This document shows, piece by piece, positions 54,858 to 64,000 of a stretch of DNA of 64,000 nt (positions within the stretch are counted from its first letter, which is position 1; each line of letters opens with the position of its first letter). The position numbers were made by a program, and so were the translations under genes. The notes under the pieces are model-generated. The model was given only the letters and a program-made list of their open reading frames with translations, did no database searches and was not told the origin of the DNA. Source of the DNA: Thermodesulfobacteriota bacterium (GTDB lineage: Bacteria > Desulfobacterota_D > UBA1144 > Nemesobacterales > Mycalebacteriaceae); contig OZ242184.1 of assembly GCA_965205855.1 (NCBI GenBank), positions 992,001-1,056,000 on the forward strand, written 5' to 3'.

Positions 54858-55642
54858 TCTGCTTCTTTCAGCTCCTTTTCAGACTTGCCTTCATGCGATA
54901 AAAGCTTCCGCACAACGGGATTGTCACTGGCGGATATCTCTTTGGGTATCCCTGTTTGAATTATGTTCCCATCGTTCATTATAGATAACCGGTCGGCAAG
55001 TGAAAAAGCAAGCCGTATATCGTGAGTTACAACTATCTGGGTTATTCCAACCTCGCGCTTGATTACGAGTATCAGTTCCTCTATGGATTTTTTTGTTACC
55101 GGGTCAAGTCCGGTCGTGGGCTCGTCAAACAAAAGCAGGTCGGGGTTTGTCAGAAGGGCACGGGCAATGGCAACACGCCTGCGCATTCCGCCGCTGAGTT
55201 CGGAAGGCATGGCATATTCCCTGCCACGGAGACCGACAAGCGAGAGAGCGGAAGACGATAGCTCTCGTATTCTGTTTTCGTTGCGGATAATCCCGTGCTC
55301 TCTGATAAAAAGTTCGGAATTTTCAGTAACATCCATTGAATTGAAGAGAGCTGAAGACTGAAAAACAAGCGAAACAGTCGCATCGCTTTCGTCAAGCGGA
55401 GTGGAGTCAATCAACAACTTGCCTTCATCCGGAATGTCGAGACCCGCTATCTGTCTTAAAAGAGTTGTTTTACCCGAACCGCTTCCGCCTATAAGGACAA
55501 TCATCTCACCGGGAATCACTTTGAGATTCACTCCTTTGAGAACTTCATTTTTGCCAAACCATTTGTGCATGGAGCACACTTCAAGCGAGGTGGGCTCTCC
55601 GCTCAGATAAGACAGAAGGGTATCAAGATCTTTTTGGTTCAT
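54854..55642 (-). CDS. mlaF: MlaF-type ABC ATPase
   Basis: GGSGSGKT, LSGGMRRR, DEPTTGLDP, THD. Confidence 0.88.
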   Translation of the reverse strand: MNQKDLDTLLSYLSGEPTSLEVCSMHKWFGKNEVLKGVNLKVIPGEMIVLIGGSGSGKTTLLRQIAGLDIPDEGKLLIDSTPLDESDATVSLVFQSSALFNSMDVTENSELFIREHGIIRNENRIRELSSSALSLVGLRGREYAMPSELSGGMRRRVAIARALLTNPDLLLFDEPTTGLDPVTKKSIEELILVIKREVGITQIVVTHDIRLAFSLADRLSIMNDGNIIQTGIPKEISASDNPVVRKLLSHEGKSEKELKEAD

Positions 55643-55656
55643 TTTTGTTTTACTTC

Positions 55657-56430
55657 CTAAACTATTCCAACAAGGAAAAGAACCTTCGATACAAAATAAT
55701 CGCAGACAAGTATCATAACAATTGACGAAACAACCGCGCTGGTAACCGAAATTCCTATCTGTCTTGGGCCTCCAACGGTTTCAAGCCCCACTTTGCAGCA
55801 AATCATAAGAATAACAAGACCGAAAATAAGTGCCTTGATAACCCCGTTCAGAACCGTTTTCAAGGTTACAAAGTCTCCGAGGTTGTTGAAATAGACGACG
55901 GCCGAAAGCGAAATAGCCTGATTGGTCGCCGCGACAAGTGCGCCACCGAGCCAACCCATAACAACAATCAAAATCACAAGCACGGGCATTGAAACCGAGA
56001 AAGCAACAAGCCTAGGCATAACAAGAAATCTTACTGGGCTTATATTCATAGTTTTGAGAGCGTCTATTTCATCGTAAACACTCATGGACGCTATTTCCGC
56101 CGTTATTGCAGAGCCAAGGCGCCCCGCAACAAGAATGGAACACATGACCGGTCCAATCTCCCTTGCAACAGCAATTCCTATAAGACCTCCAAGGGTCTCT
56201 TGAATTCCAAAATCCGCAAGAAGCGGCCCGGTTTGAAGGGCGAGAACAGCTCCGCCTGAAAGCCCTATGAGCGAGGCAACAAGAAGCGTATCCGCGCCGA
56301 TTACCGATATCTGATAAAATACTTTGTCCGAGTTCGCCCTTATGTCCTTGCACCAGTAAAGAGACATAACGAAAAGCCACAGCGCGCCTCCGCAGAAGGT
56401 CGCGAAACGTTTTATAATTCCATCATTCAT
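55657..56430 (-). CDS. mlaE: MlaE-type permease
   Basis: REIGPV, AGRLGSAITAEIASM, EIDAL, PR. Confidence 0.92.
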   Translation of the reverse strand: MNDGIIKRFATFCGGALWLFVMSLYWCKDIRANSDKVFYQISVIGADTLLVASLIGLSGGAVLALQTGPLLADFGIQETLGGLIGIAVAREIGPVMCSILVAGRLGSAITAEIASMSVYDEIDALKTMNISPVRFLVMPRLVAFSVSMPVLVILIVVMGWLGGALVAATNQAISLSAVVYFNNLGDFVTLKTVLNGVIKALIFGLVILMICCKVGLETVGGPRQIGISVTSAVVSSIVMILVCDYFVSKVLFLVGIV

Positions 56431-57827
56431 CCGCCACAAGCCCCCGGTTTGTTTGAAGGGTTTCCAATTCCAATGGGCAGAAATAAAAACCTGATTTTGC
56501 GGCCGCTTGAATCCGAGTTGTAACCGAGAATTCTTCCAAGAATATTGAAAGAATTTTCCGCGCATGATTTTTTTAAATTAAAGACTCCAAACAAAACCGA
56601 CACGGAAGTTCCGACCCCCTTTTTTCTGCGGACTTCAAGCACCTTCCATAAAAATGAGTAATTTCTGTAAAGTTTTGTGCTTGAACCTACAAACGGCTCC
56701 AGAGGAGCAAACATTTGCAAATAACTGATTCCTCTCTCATCCCGTTTATACGAAAATAACGGCCACAAGTCAATATGAAGCGAGGAAGGCTTGTTATCGG
56801 CAAAAGGCTCTTCACGCCGTATTTTAAATATCAAAAGAACCTTCTCCTTGCTGTATTCATATTTGCTGAACCTGACTTTGGTTGATGTGTACAGAGGCCA
56901 GAGAAAAAATCTTGTTTTCTTCAATCCCTTTGTTTCCGATTTTTCAAAAAAAGGGAAAAATCTCATTCTTGTTTCCAAGTCGCTCTTTTTGAAATTGACA
57001 AACGGCCATGGCAAATGAAGGGATTTCAGATTCCGGGCAGGGTCTGTGCTTTTCTGGAAAAAGGGCCACAAATAGATTTTGTGAGATTCGGTTTGGTAAC
57101 CAAATGTGTAGTAGAACGGAAAAATTGCCTTGTAATAATTGTGGAACTCTTCACGCCTCTGTTTTTTTTCAAAATAAAACGGCCAAAGAAAAAACCGTGC
57201 CCGAAAGTCTTTTTCTTCTTCAAACCACCCGAAAAACGGCCAGAATCGGAAACCCTTTCGCTTTCCGGAATGGAACCTGAACACGGGCCAGAGTATGTTA
57301 TGGGAAACACTTTCCTCGGAACGGGTCTGGAGATAAAGCGGAAACAAAACAAACTTTATCCTACCGCCGAAATTTCCGTAAAAAGGAGCAAATGCAACCT
57401 GTTTTCTTTCTGGTTTTTTCGAACTGCGGAAAAAAATAAAAGGATAAAGTCTGAAACTTTCCTCCGACAGCGAGGGTGTCTGAAAATTCTTTCCAAAAGA
57501 TATCAGGTTAAATATAAATCCCGCCTGATAGCCGAGGGGGTTACTCCTGTATTGAAAAAAAGGATAAACAATTTCCATTTCAAGTTTTTCAAACATGATG
57601 TCTCTTTTAATGGAGAAAAAAGGTCTAAAACCAAACTCAGGGTTGTTTTTGTCTTTCACTTTGAGAAAAGGACCGAGGGTATGCGCCGAAATAAAAGTCT
57701 CCTGCGGATTAAAACCGAACGGGTCGGGAGCGAGAACGAATGACTCTGCGGAGCGCGCAAAAAATATCCCCGCAAAAAAAACCGGTATCAGAATAAAAAC
57801 CGGAAACAATTTTGCCCGACAACTCAA
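56427..57827 (-). CDS. Secreted aromatic-repeat protein of unknown function
   Basis: Signal peptide; many [FL][WF]P[FL][FY]-like motifs; overlaps alr stop and mlaE start. Confidence 0.75.
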   Translation of the reverse strand: MSCRAKLFPVFILIPVFFAGIFFARSAESFVLAPDPFGFNPQETFISAHTLGPFLKVKDKNNPEFGFRPFFSIKRDIMFEKLEMEIVYPFFQYRSNPLGYQAGFIFNLISFGKNFQTPSLSEESFRLYPFIFFRSSKKPERKQVAFAPFYGNFGGRIKFVLFPLYLQTRSEESVSHNILWPVFRFHSGKRKGFRFWPFFGWFEEEKDFRARFFLWPFYFEKKQRREEFHNYYKAIFPFYYTFGYQTESHKIYLWPFFQKSTDPARNLKSLHLPWPFVNFKKSDLETRMRFFPFFEKSETKGLKKTRFFLWPLYTSTKVRFSKYEYSKEKVLLIFKIRREEPFADNKPSSLHIDLWPLFSYKRDERGISYLQMFAPLEPFVGSSTKLYRNYSFLWKVLEVRRKKGVGTSVSVLFGVFNLKKSCAENSFNILGRILGYNSDSSGRKIRFLFLPIGIGNPSNKPGACGG

Positions 57828-58945
57828 TTTTTTCCTCTTCCCGGTTCCGAAAACAGCCCGTATGTCTTCTTGAGAGTTGCTCTTCCCACCGATGTAACAA
57901 CCTCATAGGGTATGGTTCCCGACCACCGCGCCACGTCCTCAACCGTAACAACTTCGTCTCCGAACAAAACGACTTCGTCTCCGATACGGACACCTTCGAT
58001 ATCCGTAACATCCACGGTTGTAAAATCCATGCAGATTTCTCCAACAACCGGAGCGGGAATGCCTTTGATGGAAACACTTGCGCGGTTGGAAAGACTTCTG
58101 AAGTATCCGTCCTTGTATCCGACCGGAATAGTTGCCAGAAGCGAGCATTTTTTTGTAGTAAAAGTGCCTCTGTAACCAACCGTTCTGCCTTTTTCTATCT
58201 CCCTGATCCTAACAATTCCGGTTTTAACTCTCATAACCGATGTCAGTCCGGTTTTTTCAAAAGACGACCCGTAAAGCATAATTCCGGGACGCACCATATT
58301 GCCGAATGATTCGGGAAACCTCTGAATCGCCGCGCTGTTTGCCATGTGTTTGAAGCGAGGAGAAAAACCGGCGTTTTCAAGGTCGTAAACAAATGAGTTA
58401 AAGACAGATATCTGCTCAACCGTCGGCTCCGGCCGGGGAGCGGATGAATGGGCAAAATGCGTAAAAACACCTTCAATCCGCAACCCGTCCAGACCAAGAG
58501 ATTTTTCCACAAGCGCCAGAGCTTCTTTCTTTGTGACACCGAGCCTTGTCATACCCGTGTCTATTTTCAAGTGGCAATCTACGCGTTTGTCGCAATTTGC
58601 CGCCGCTTTGGAAAGCGAAACAAGGCAGTTTTCTGTGAAAACGGAAGGGGTAAGTCCGGCCTTTACGCAATCAACAACCCTGCAATCAGACATGACTCCC
58701 ATTACAAGCACGGGAGCGGTAATTCCCGACTCCCTCAGCTCAAGCCCCTCCTCAACTGACGATACTCCGAGCATTTTAACAAATGGCAAATTGGCAAGGT
58801 TCTGGGAAATTTCAACCGCGCCGTGTCCGTATGCGTCAGCTTTGACAACCGCTATGACACCGACTTCGCTTCCAACCGTCCGCGCAGATAGTTCCGCATT
58901 GTTTTTTAATGCGTTGAAGTCTATTTCGGCCCATACACGGTTCAT
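57824..58945 (-). CDS. alr: Alanine racemase
   Basis: VVKADAYGHG, HLKIDTGMTRLG, HMANSAA, VRPGIMLYG, CMD, TIPYE. Confidence 0.97.
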   Translation of the reverse strand: MNRVWAEIDFNALKNNAELSARTVGSEVGVIAVVKADAYGHGAVEISQNLANLPFVKMLGVSSVEEGLELRESGITAPVLVMGVMSDCRVVDCVKAGLTPSVFTENCLVSLSKAAANCDKRVDCHLKIDTGMTRLGVTKKEALALVEKSLGLDGLRIEGVFTHFAHSSAPRPEPTVEQISVFNSFVYDLENAGFSPRFKHMANSAAIQRFPESFGNMVRPGIMLYGSSFEKTGLTSVMRVKTGIVRIREIEKGRTVGYRGTFTTKKCSLLATIPVGYKDGYFRSLSNRASVSIKGIPAPVVGEICMDFTTVDVTDIEGVRIGDEVVLFGDEVVTVEDVARWSGTIPYEVVTSVGRATLKKTYGLFSEPGRGKN

Positions 58946-59033
58946 CAAACAAGAAGATTCCAAGGAAATGAAAACCTTCCGGTTATGATAAGATACCACC
59001 GCAAGTAAAGCAACCGGACACCCTTTTACAAAA

Positions 59034-60200
59034 ATGAACTCAATTGAGAAAAGATCTACGATAATTATAGGAACAATTCTTGCCACAAGGTTGCTGGGAA
59101 TTTTTCTCATACTTCCCGTATTCAGTTCGTATGTGTTGCTGTATCCGGGTTCTTCCCATCTGCTCACGGGTCTGGCTTTCGGCATATACGCGCTTGTGCA
59201 AGCGGCTCTGCAAATTCCATTCGGGTGGGCAAGCGACCGCTTTGGAAGGAAACACGTAATTATTGCGGGTTTTGTATTGTTCTGCGCCGGCAGCATAGCG
59301 TGCGGACTTGCCGACAATGTGTGGCAACTCATCGCGGCAAGAAGCCTTCAGGGAAGCGGTGCCGTCGGCTCCGTTGCAATCGCCGCGCTCGGAGATTCCA
59401 CAAGGCCGGAAGTACGCGGACAATCTTTTGCCATAACGGGGATAATCATAGGAGGGACTTTCATGCTCTCGCTCGCGGTCGGACCGATTATGGCATCATG
59501 GCTGGGATTGAAAGCCGTGTTCTACATTCTCGCCGCGCTCGGAGTACTGGCAATTGCGATAACGGTTGTGCTGTTCCCAAAAGATAAAACCGTCCGTCCG
59601 CGGAATTTGAGGGTGAAAACCTTATCTTTTCTGAGCAGGGGTAACATAAAGAAAATACTCGTAAGTTCTTTCATACTGTCTTCCATACTAAACATCTTTC
59701 TCTTCGTATATCCACTCAGCTGGGAAAGCGCGACCGGCAGAGGAATTGAGCAAATATGGAAGGTGTATCTGATAGTTCTTCTTCCCGCAGCCGTTTTCGC
59801 CTATCCTTTCCTGAAGATTATGGAGAGACGGAAGAAAATGAACACTCCTCCTCTGGTGGCTCTGGCATTTCTCACGGCGGGAACCGGAATCGCCTTGATA
59901 AGCGGCGAAAAAACGGGGCTTATTCTTGCTGGCGCGGCGTTTTTCATGGGCCACTCCATATTTCAGCCGCTTCTTCCCTCTTTCCTTACCCAGATAGTAT
60001 CCGGCGACTCAAGAGGGAATATGGTGGGATTTCTTAGTCTTGCGAGTTTTCTGGGGGCGTTTGCCGGCTCCATACTCGCTGGCCTGGCATACGCAGCGGG
60101 AACCGGCGCGCCATTGGCGGTCTGTTTCCTTTTTCTCACCGTCCTTGCGATTACGGGAATCCCCGAACCTCCCGGAACAGAACAAACGGACGGCAAATGA
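59034..60200 (+). CDS. MFS transporter (YajR-like)
   Basis: QIPFGWASDRFGRK, RSLQGSGA; about 12 TM segments. Confidence 0.9.
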   Translation: MNSIEKRSTIIIGTILATRLLGIFLILPVFSSYVLLYPGSSHLLTGLAFGIYALVQAALQIPFGWASDRFGRKHVIIAGFVLFCAGSIACGLADNVWQLIAARSLQGSGAVGSVAIAALGDSTRPEVRGQSFAITGIIIGGTFMLSLAVGPIMASWLGLKAVFYILAALGVLAIAITVVLFPKDKTVRPRNLRVKTLSFLSRGNIKKILVSSFILSSILNIFLFVYPLSWESATGRGIEQIWKVYLIVLLPAAVFAYPFLKIMERRKKMNTPPLVALAFLTAGTGIALISGEKTGLILAGAAFFMGHSIFQPLLPSFLTQIVSGDSRGNMVGFLSLASFLGAFAGSILAGLAYAAGTGAPLAVCFLFLTVLAITGIPEPPGTEQTDGK

Positions 60201-60210
60201 AGGGGGGAAA

Positions 60211-61098
60211 ATGAATTTTGCCAAACTTTACGAAAACGGCGTAAAACCGGTCATATCTTTTGAGGTATTTCCCCACAGAACTCCGGAGGGAAAGGAGAAA
60301 TTGATACGCACTCTTGATGAGCTTGCCGAACTGTCTCCCGAATTCATCTCCGTTACCTACGGAGCTATGGGAACGACAAGGGAAAACGGCTTTGAGATAG
60401 CATCATATATAAAAAACAGTCTTGAAATTGAGACCGCGAGCCATCTTACCTGCGTGGGATCTTCGGCGGCGGATATGGACAGAATTCTGACCACCCTCAA
60501 AGAGAACAATATAGAGAACATCGTAGCCCTCAGAGGAGACCCGCCTGAAAACCAGAAACATTTTACGGTTGCCGAGGGAGGGTATTCTCATGCCAACGAG
60601 CTTGTGAGCCATATAAGGAATTTTGAAAAGAAAAACCCCGGCGGGAACCGGTTTGGGATTGCAGTGGCGGGATATCCGGAAAAACATATTGAGGCGTCGT
60701 CAATGCGGGAGGACATAGAGAATCTTGGCAAAAAAACACGTGCCGGAGCGGACTTGATAATCACTCAGCTGTTCTATGACAACTTTTTCTACTTTGACTA
60801 CACAGAAAAGGTCAAAGAGTCCGGAATTCAGGCACCCATAGTACCGGGGTTGATGCCGATTCTTTCGACAAAACAGGTTCTGAAAATAACCTCAATGTGC
60901 GGAAGCACAATACCGCGAACCGTTATGAAACGCCTTGAAAAATGCGACCGCAATAACAAAGATGCCGGGCTGGTAGGAATGGAAGTCTGCGCGAAACAGG
61001 TGGAAGACCTGCTTGACAAGGGAGTGCCGGGAATCCATTTTTATGTGCTCAACAGAGCGACTCACATAAAATCCGTATTAAAGCAAGTGGGATTGTAA
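60211..61098 (+). CDS. metF: 5,10-methylenetetrahydrofolate reductase
   Basis: SFEVFP, SVTYGA, HLTC, ALRGDPP, GYPEKH, ITQLFYD, HFYVLNR. Confidence 0.96.
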   Translation: MNFAKLYENGVKPVISFEVFPHRTPEGKEKLIRTLDELAELSPEFISVTYGAMGTTRENGFEIASYIKNSLEIETASHLTCVGSSAADMDRILTTLKENNIENIVALRGDPPENQKHFTVAEGGYSHANELVSHIRNFEKKNPGGNRFGIAVAGYPEKHIEASSMREDIENLGKKTRAGADLIITQLFYDNFFYFDYTEKVKESGIQAPIVPGLMPILSTKQVLKITSMCGSTIPRTVMKRLEKCDRNNKDAGLVGMEVCAKQVEDLLDKGVPGIHFYVLNRATHIKSVLKQVGL

Positions 61099-61105
61099 TT
61101 TCTTT

Positions 61106-61810
61106 ATGATGCCGAATCCGAATTATGATTTGGTGGCGCACAGATATAATCTGTTGTCTTCTCTTATCAGTATCGGCCTTGACTCACGGTTACGCAACAC
61201 GATGGCGGGCGAGGTTAGCGGAAAAACCGTAATTGATATTGGAACGGGAACCGGAAAATCGGCTTTGGCTATATGCCACAGAAACTGTGTGGAAAAGGTT
61301 GTCGGGGTGGACCCAAGTGAGAAGATGCTTGAAGTTGCGGAAGCGGACAGAGAACGCAGGGAACAAGCGGAAAAAGTTGTTTTTTCAAGAGCGACCGGAG
61401 AAAACCTGCCTTTTCACGAAGGATATTTTGATTGCGCAACGACCGCATTTGCAATAAAACACAGTGAAAAACCGCAAATATTTCTCCGTGAAATCCTCCG
61501 CGTTCTCAAACCGGGCGGAAAAATTATTTTAATGGAAGCGGCAATACCGGAGACGGCATTTACAAAAGTCCTGTTTACTTTTCATATCAAAACTCTCGTA
61601 CCTTTGATTGCCTCCTTTTTCGGACTTGGCGGGCAGTACAAAACCTTTCATCAATCAACTCAGAGATTTTGTTTGCGCGGAGATTTGCGGGAGATGATGA
61701 AGTCGGCGGGATTTCAAAATGTTTGCAGAAAATCTTTTCTCTTCGGCTCCGCCGTTCTCTGCACGGGAGATAAACCTGCGCGACGATTCAGGGAGCAATT
61801 CTCTCAATAG
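61106..61810 (+). CDS. UbiE/MenG family methyltransferase
   Basis: DIGTGTG, E.LPF....FD, EILRVLKPGG. Confidence 0.82.
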   Translation: MMPNPNYDLVAHRYNLLSSLISIGLDSRLRNTMAGEVSGKTVIDIGTGTGKSALAICHRNCVEKVVGVDPSEKMLEVAEADRERREQAEKVVFSRATGENLPFHEGYFDCATTAFAIKHSEKPQIFLREILRVLKPGGKIILMEAAIPETAFTKVLFTFHIKTLVPLIASFFGLGGQYKTFHQSTQRFCLRGDLREMMKSAGFQNVCRKSFLFGSAVLCTGDKPARRFREQFSQ

Positions 61811-62396
61811 TCCAACCGCCGGAGGTTTCATCCGTTGTATACGCAATCCGGTCGTGCATACGGTTTGCCCTTCCCTGCCAGAACTCAAACCTACCGGGAG
61901 CAAGTCTGTATCCTTTCCAAAACGCAGGTCTCGGAATTGAGGTTGTATTGCGAAATTCCGCTTCGTATCGAGTAAACCTTTCATCAAGTTCTTTTCTTCC
62001 GGAGACAACTTTCCCCTGAGGCGAAGCCCACGCTCCTATCTGACTCTCGCGGGGTCTTTGCGCGAAGTATTTATCTGCTTCCTTATCATCAATGGTCTCA
62101 ATTGCGCCCTCAATTCTCACCTGCCTCTCAAGAATGTTCCAGAAAAAACAGATTGAAGCACGAGGGTTGGATTGCATCTCCCTTGCTTTTCTACTGAGAG
62201 AATTAGTGTAGAAAACAAAACCGCACTCACCGTAAGACTTCAGAAGCAAAACCCTTGAAGAAGGCACCCCGCCGGCGGTGGCGGTGGAAAGCGTGAATGC
62301 GTTTGGCAGGTCAATTCCGTACTCTCTCGCTTCTGTGTGCCAGGCATCAAACTGCTTGAAAGGATCGAACGCAACAACCAGTTCATCAAGAGTCAT
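61788..62396 (-). CDS. pdxH: Pyridoxamine 5'-phosphate oxidase
   Basis: RVLLLK, FYTN..SRK, RQVRIEG, SQIGAWAS, EFWQGR..R.HDR. Confidence 0.95.
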   Translation of the reverse strand: MTLDELVVAFDPFKQFDAWHTEAREYGIDLPNAFTLSTATAGGVPSSRVLLLKSYGECGFVFYTNSLSRKAREMQSNPRASICFFWNILERQVRIEGAIETIDDKEADKYFAQRPRESQIGAWASPQGKVVSGRKELDERFTRYEAEFRNTTSIPRPAFWKGYRLAPGRFEFWQGRANRMHDRIAYTTDETSGGWTIERIAP

Positions 62397-62412
62397 GAGC
62401 AAATACTGTCTG

Positions 62413-63333
62413 TCAGGCTTTTCCACGGTTTCGCCCTCCAAATTCGGTATATAAAAAATCCTCAAGTTTTTCATAGCTGAAACTGAATCCGGCTTTGAGA
62501 AGCCTGCCGGGAAAAACTCTCGCGCTACTCATAATGACTTCCTCTCCCATTTGACCGCAAACAAATTTCACGGCGGACTTTTTCAGGGGGAGAAAAGCGG
62601 GACGTTTTACAACCCGCGCGAGTGTGCTTGAAAAATCGCCGCTACGAACGGGAACAGGCGCCACTATGTTTACGGGGCCCGAAACCGTTTTTTCCGTCAG
62701 AATAAACTCCACGGCTCTCATGGCATCATATAATGATATCCAGCTTATATAATCGCTTCCGTCTCCGATTGTCCCTCCAAGCCCTAATTTGAAAGGAATT
62801 TTTATCATACCAAGCGCACCGCCATTTTTCTCAAGAACCATGCCGAACCTGAGGCTTGCAACCCTTGTCCTGTCAGAGGAAGCCGCATTTGCCGCTTTTT
62901 CCCAACGCACGGCCACTTGCGCGAGAAACCCTTCACCAGGCCCGCTTTCCTCTTTGAGAATTTCATCCCCCCTGTGCCCGTAAAAGCCGACTGCTGAAGC
63001 GCATAAAAAAACCTTCGGCGGGCGGTCAAGATTTGAAAAGACAGAGGCCAAAAACTCCGTGCTTGCAACCCTACTTTGTTCAATGGCTTTTTTCGCAGAA
63101 GAAGTCCATCTGCGCATTACGCCGTGTCCGGCGAGATGTATAACCGCATCCATTTGTTCAAAATCCCGCGGATTGTAAACGCCTGAATCCGCATCATAGA
63201 AAACCAACCCGTCCGCCGCGGGTTTTCTCTTCGCGCTCCTCACAAGACGCGACACTTCATGGCTCCCCGCTTCAAGGTAAGACACAAGACTTGAACCGAT
63301 AAAACCGCTTGAGCCAGATACAAGAATCTTCAT
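62413..63333 (-). CDS. TIGR01777-family NAD-dependent epimerase
   Basis: GSSGFIG, HLAG, RW, SR..ST, ASAVGFYG, FLA.V..WE, F.LGLGG.IG.G. Confidence 0.9.
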   Translation of the reverse strand: MKILVSGSSGFIGSSLVSYLEAGSHEVSRLVRSAKRKPAADGLVFYDADSGVYNPRDFEQMDAVIHLAGHGVMRRWTSSAKKAIEQSRVASTEFLASVFSNLDRPPKVFLCASAVGFYGHRGDEILKEESGPGEGFLAQVAVRWEKAANAASSDRTRVASLRFGMVLEKNGGALGMIKIPFKLGLGGTIGDGSDYISWISLYDAMRAVEFILTEKTVSGPVNIVAPVPVRSGDFSSTLARVVKRPAFLPLKKSAVKFVCGQMGEEVIMSSARVFPGRLLKAGFSFSYEKLEDFLYTEFGGRNRGKA

Positions 63334-63379
63334 AACTCTGTTAATAATCTGTAATAAAAAGGAAAAAAAACAACCCGCA

Positions 63380-64000
63380 TTAAATACCAAACGCTTCAAC
63401 GATTCTTTTTTGATACATAGTTACCTGTTCCGGCTCAAGATAGTAGTGCGGAGCGCTTAAAATTGGCAAATCCAAAATACCACGGTAATCACCAACCTTC
63501 TCCCTGCACTGGTCAACGGTGCCAACAATGGCAAAAGTCTCAAGCATATCGTCGCTCACATTCCGTATCATCCCCTCCACATCACCCTTAAAATAACATT
63601 CCCGTATTTTCTCCGCCTGACTCATAAAACCGTGAAGAAGAAACGGCTTCCAGTAGGTTTTAACAGTGGCGTAAAAAGCGACCGTGGCTTTTGCGGCTCT
63701 GCGGGCGGCGGGCAAATCGCCATATTTGCCGATAGCGCATGTAAAGATTGAGGAAACACAGAAATCCGAACGCTCACGGCCAGACTTTGAAAGCCCGTCG
63801 CTAAGGGCCGGCATAACGGTTTGTTTAATATACTTTTTTGAACAAACAACATGTCCGATATAACCGTCCGCTACCTCGGCGGACGCACGCGCCATGTTCT
63901 CCCCAACCGCCGCGAGAAATATCGGCACTTGCGTACGGACAGGCTCAAAAGGCCTTTTAAATCCCTTGATATTGATATTGTAATGATCACCCTCGTAAAC
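63380..64000 (-). CDS. LLM-class flavin-dependent oxidoreductase, 3' part; starts beyond the window
   Basis: YEGDHY..VPIFLAAVGENM...AEVADG, IVGT.DQC; frame open to window end. Confidence 0.8.
   Translation of the reverse strand, partial: VYEGDHYNINIKGFKRPFEPVRTQVPIFLAAVGENMARASAEVADGYIGHVVCSKKYIKQTVMPALSDGLSKSGRERSDFCVSSIFTCAIGKYGDLPAARRAAKATVAFYATVKTYWKPFLLHGFMSQAEKIRECYFKGDVEGMIRNVSDDMLETFAIVGTVDQCREKVGDYRGILDLPILSAPHYYLEPEQVTMYQKRIVEAFGI

Noticed and set aside
58946-59332. Long N-terminal extensions in the ORF track (alr; also gltA, metF, trpF, pdxH, mlaE, dtd)
   Set aside because: They overlap neighbouring genes; conserved starts lie downstream

Overview
Bacterial chromosomal window, mostly core genes in a deltaproteobacteria-like gene order (lineage not determinable here). 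Left end: iron-uptake cluster (beta-barrel, imelysin, di-heme protein), then lysC-cimA. From ~18 kb onward: manC/DUF4301, five tRNAs, tig-clpP-clpX, ilvBNC-psd-pssA, an isolated nuoJKL block, trpF-B-A, gltA, ptsP, pyrG, ssrA-smpB-dtd, mlaEFD, alr, metF, pdxH. A decayed ~9.4 kb defence island (~8440-17873) abuts the 3' end of tRNA-Ser(GCT). It carries a Fic gene with a paired operator, an HTH-led type I R-M system, a HigBA-like TA pair and several collapsed gene scars (old hsdS/fic chimera, prrC-like, recombinase-like). The most striking observation is a 266-bp unit (perfect 20-bp palindrome plus a GIY-YIG nuclease gene) flanked by ATTGA direct repeats and inserted in the last codons of hsdM without breaking the operon: a candidate miniature mobile element. 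All product calls come from motif recognition by eye; no database searches were run.
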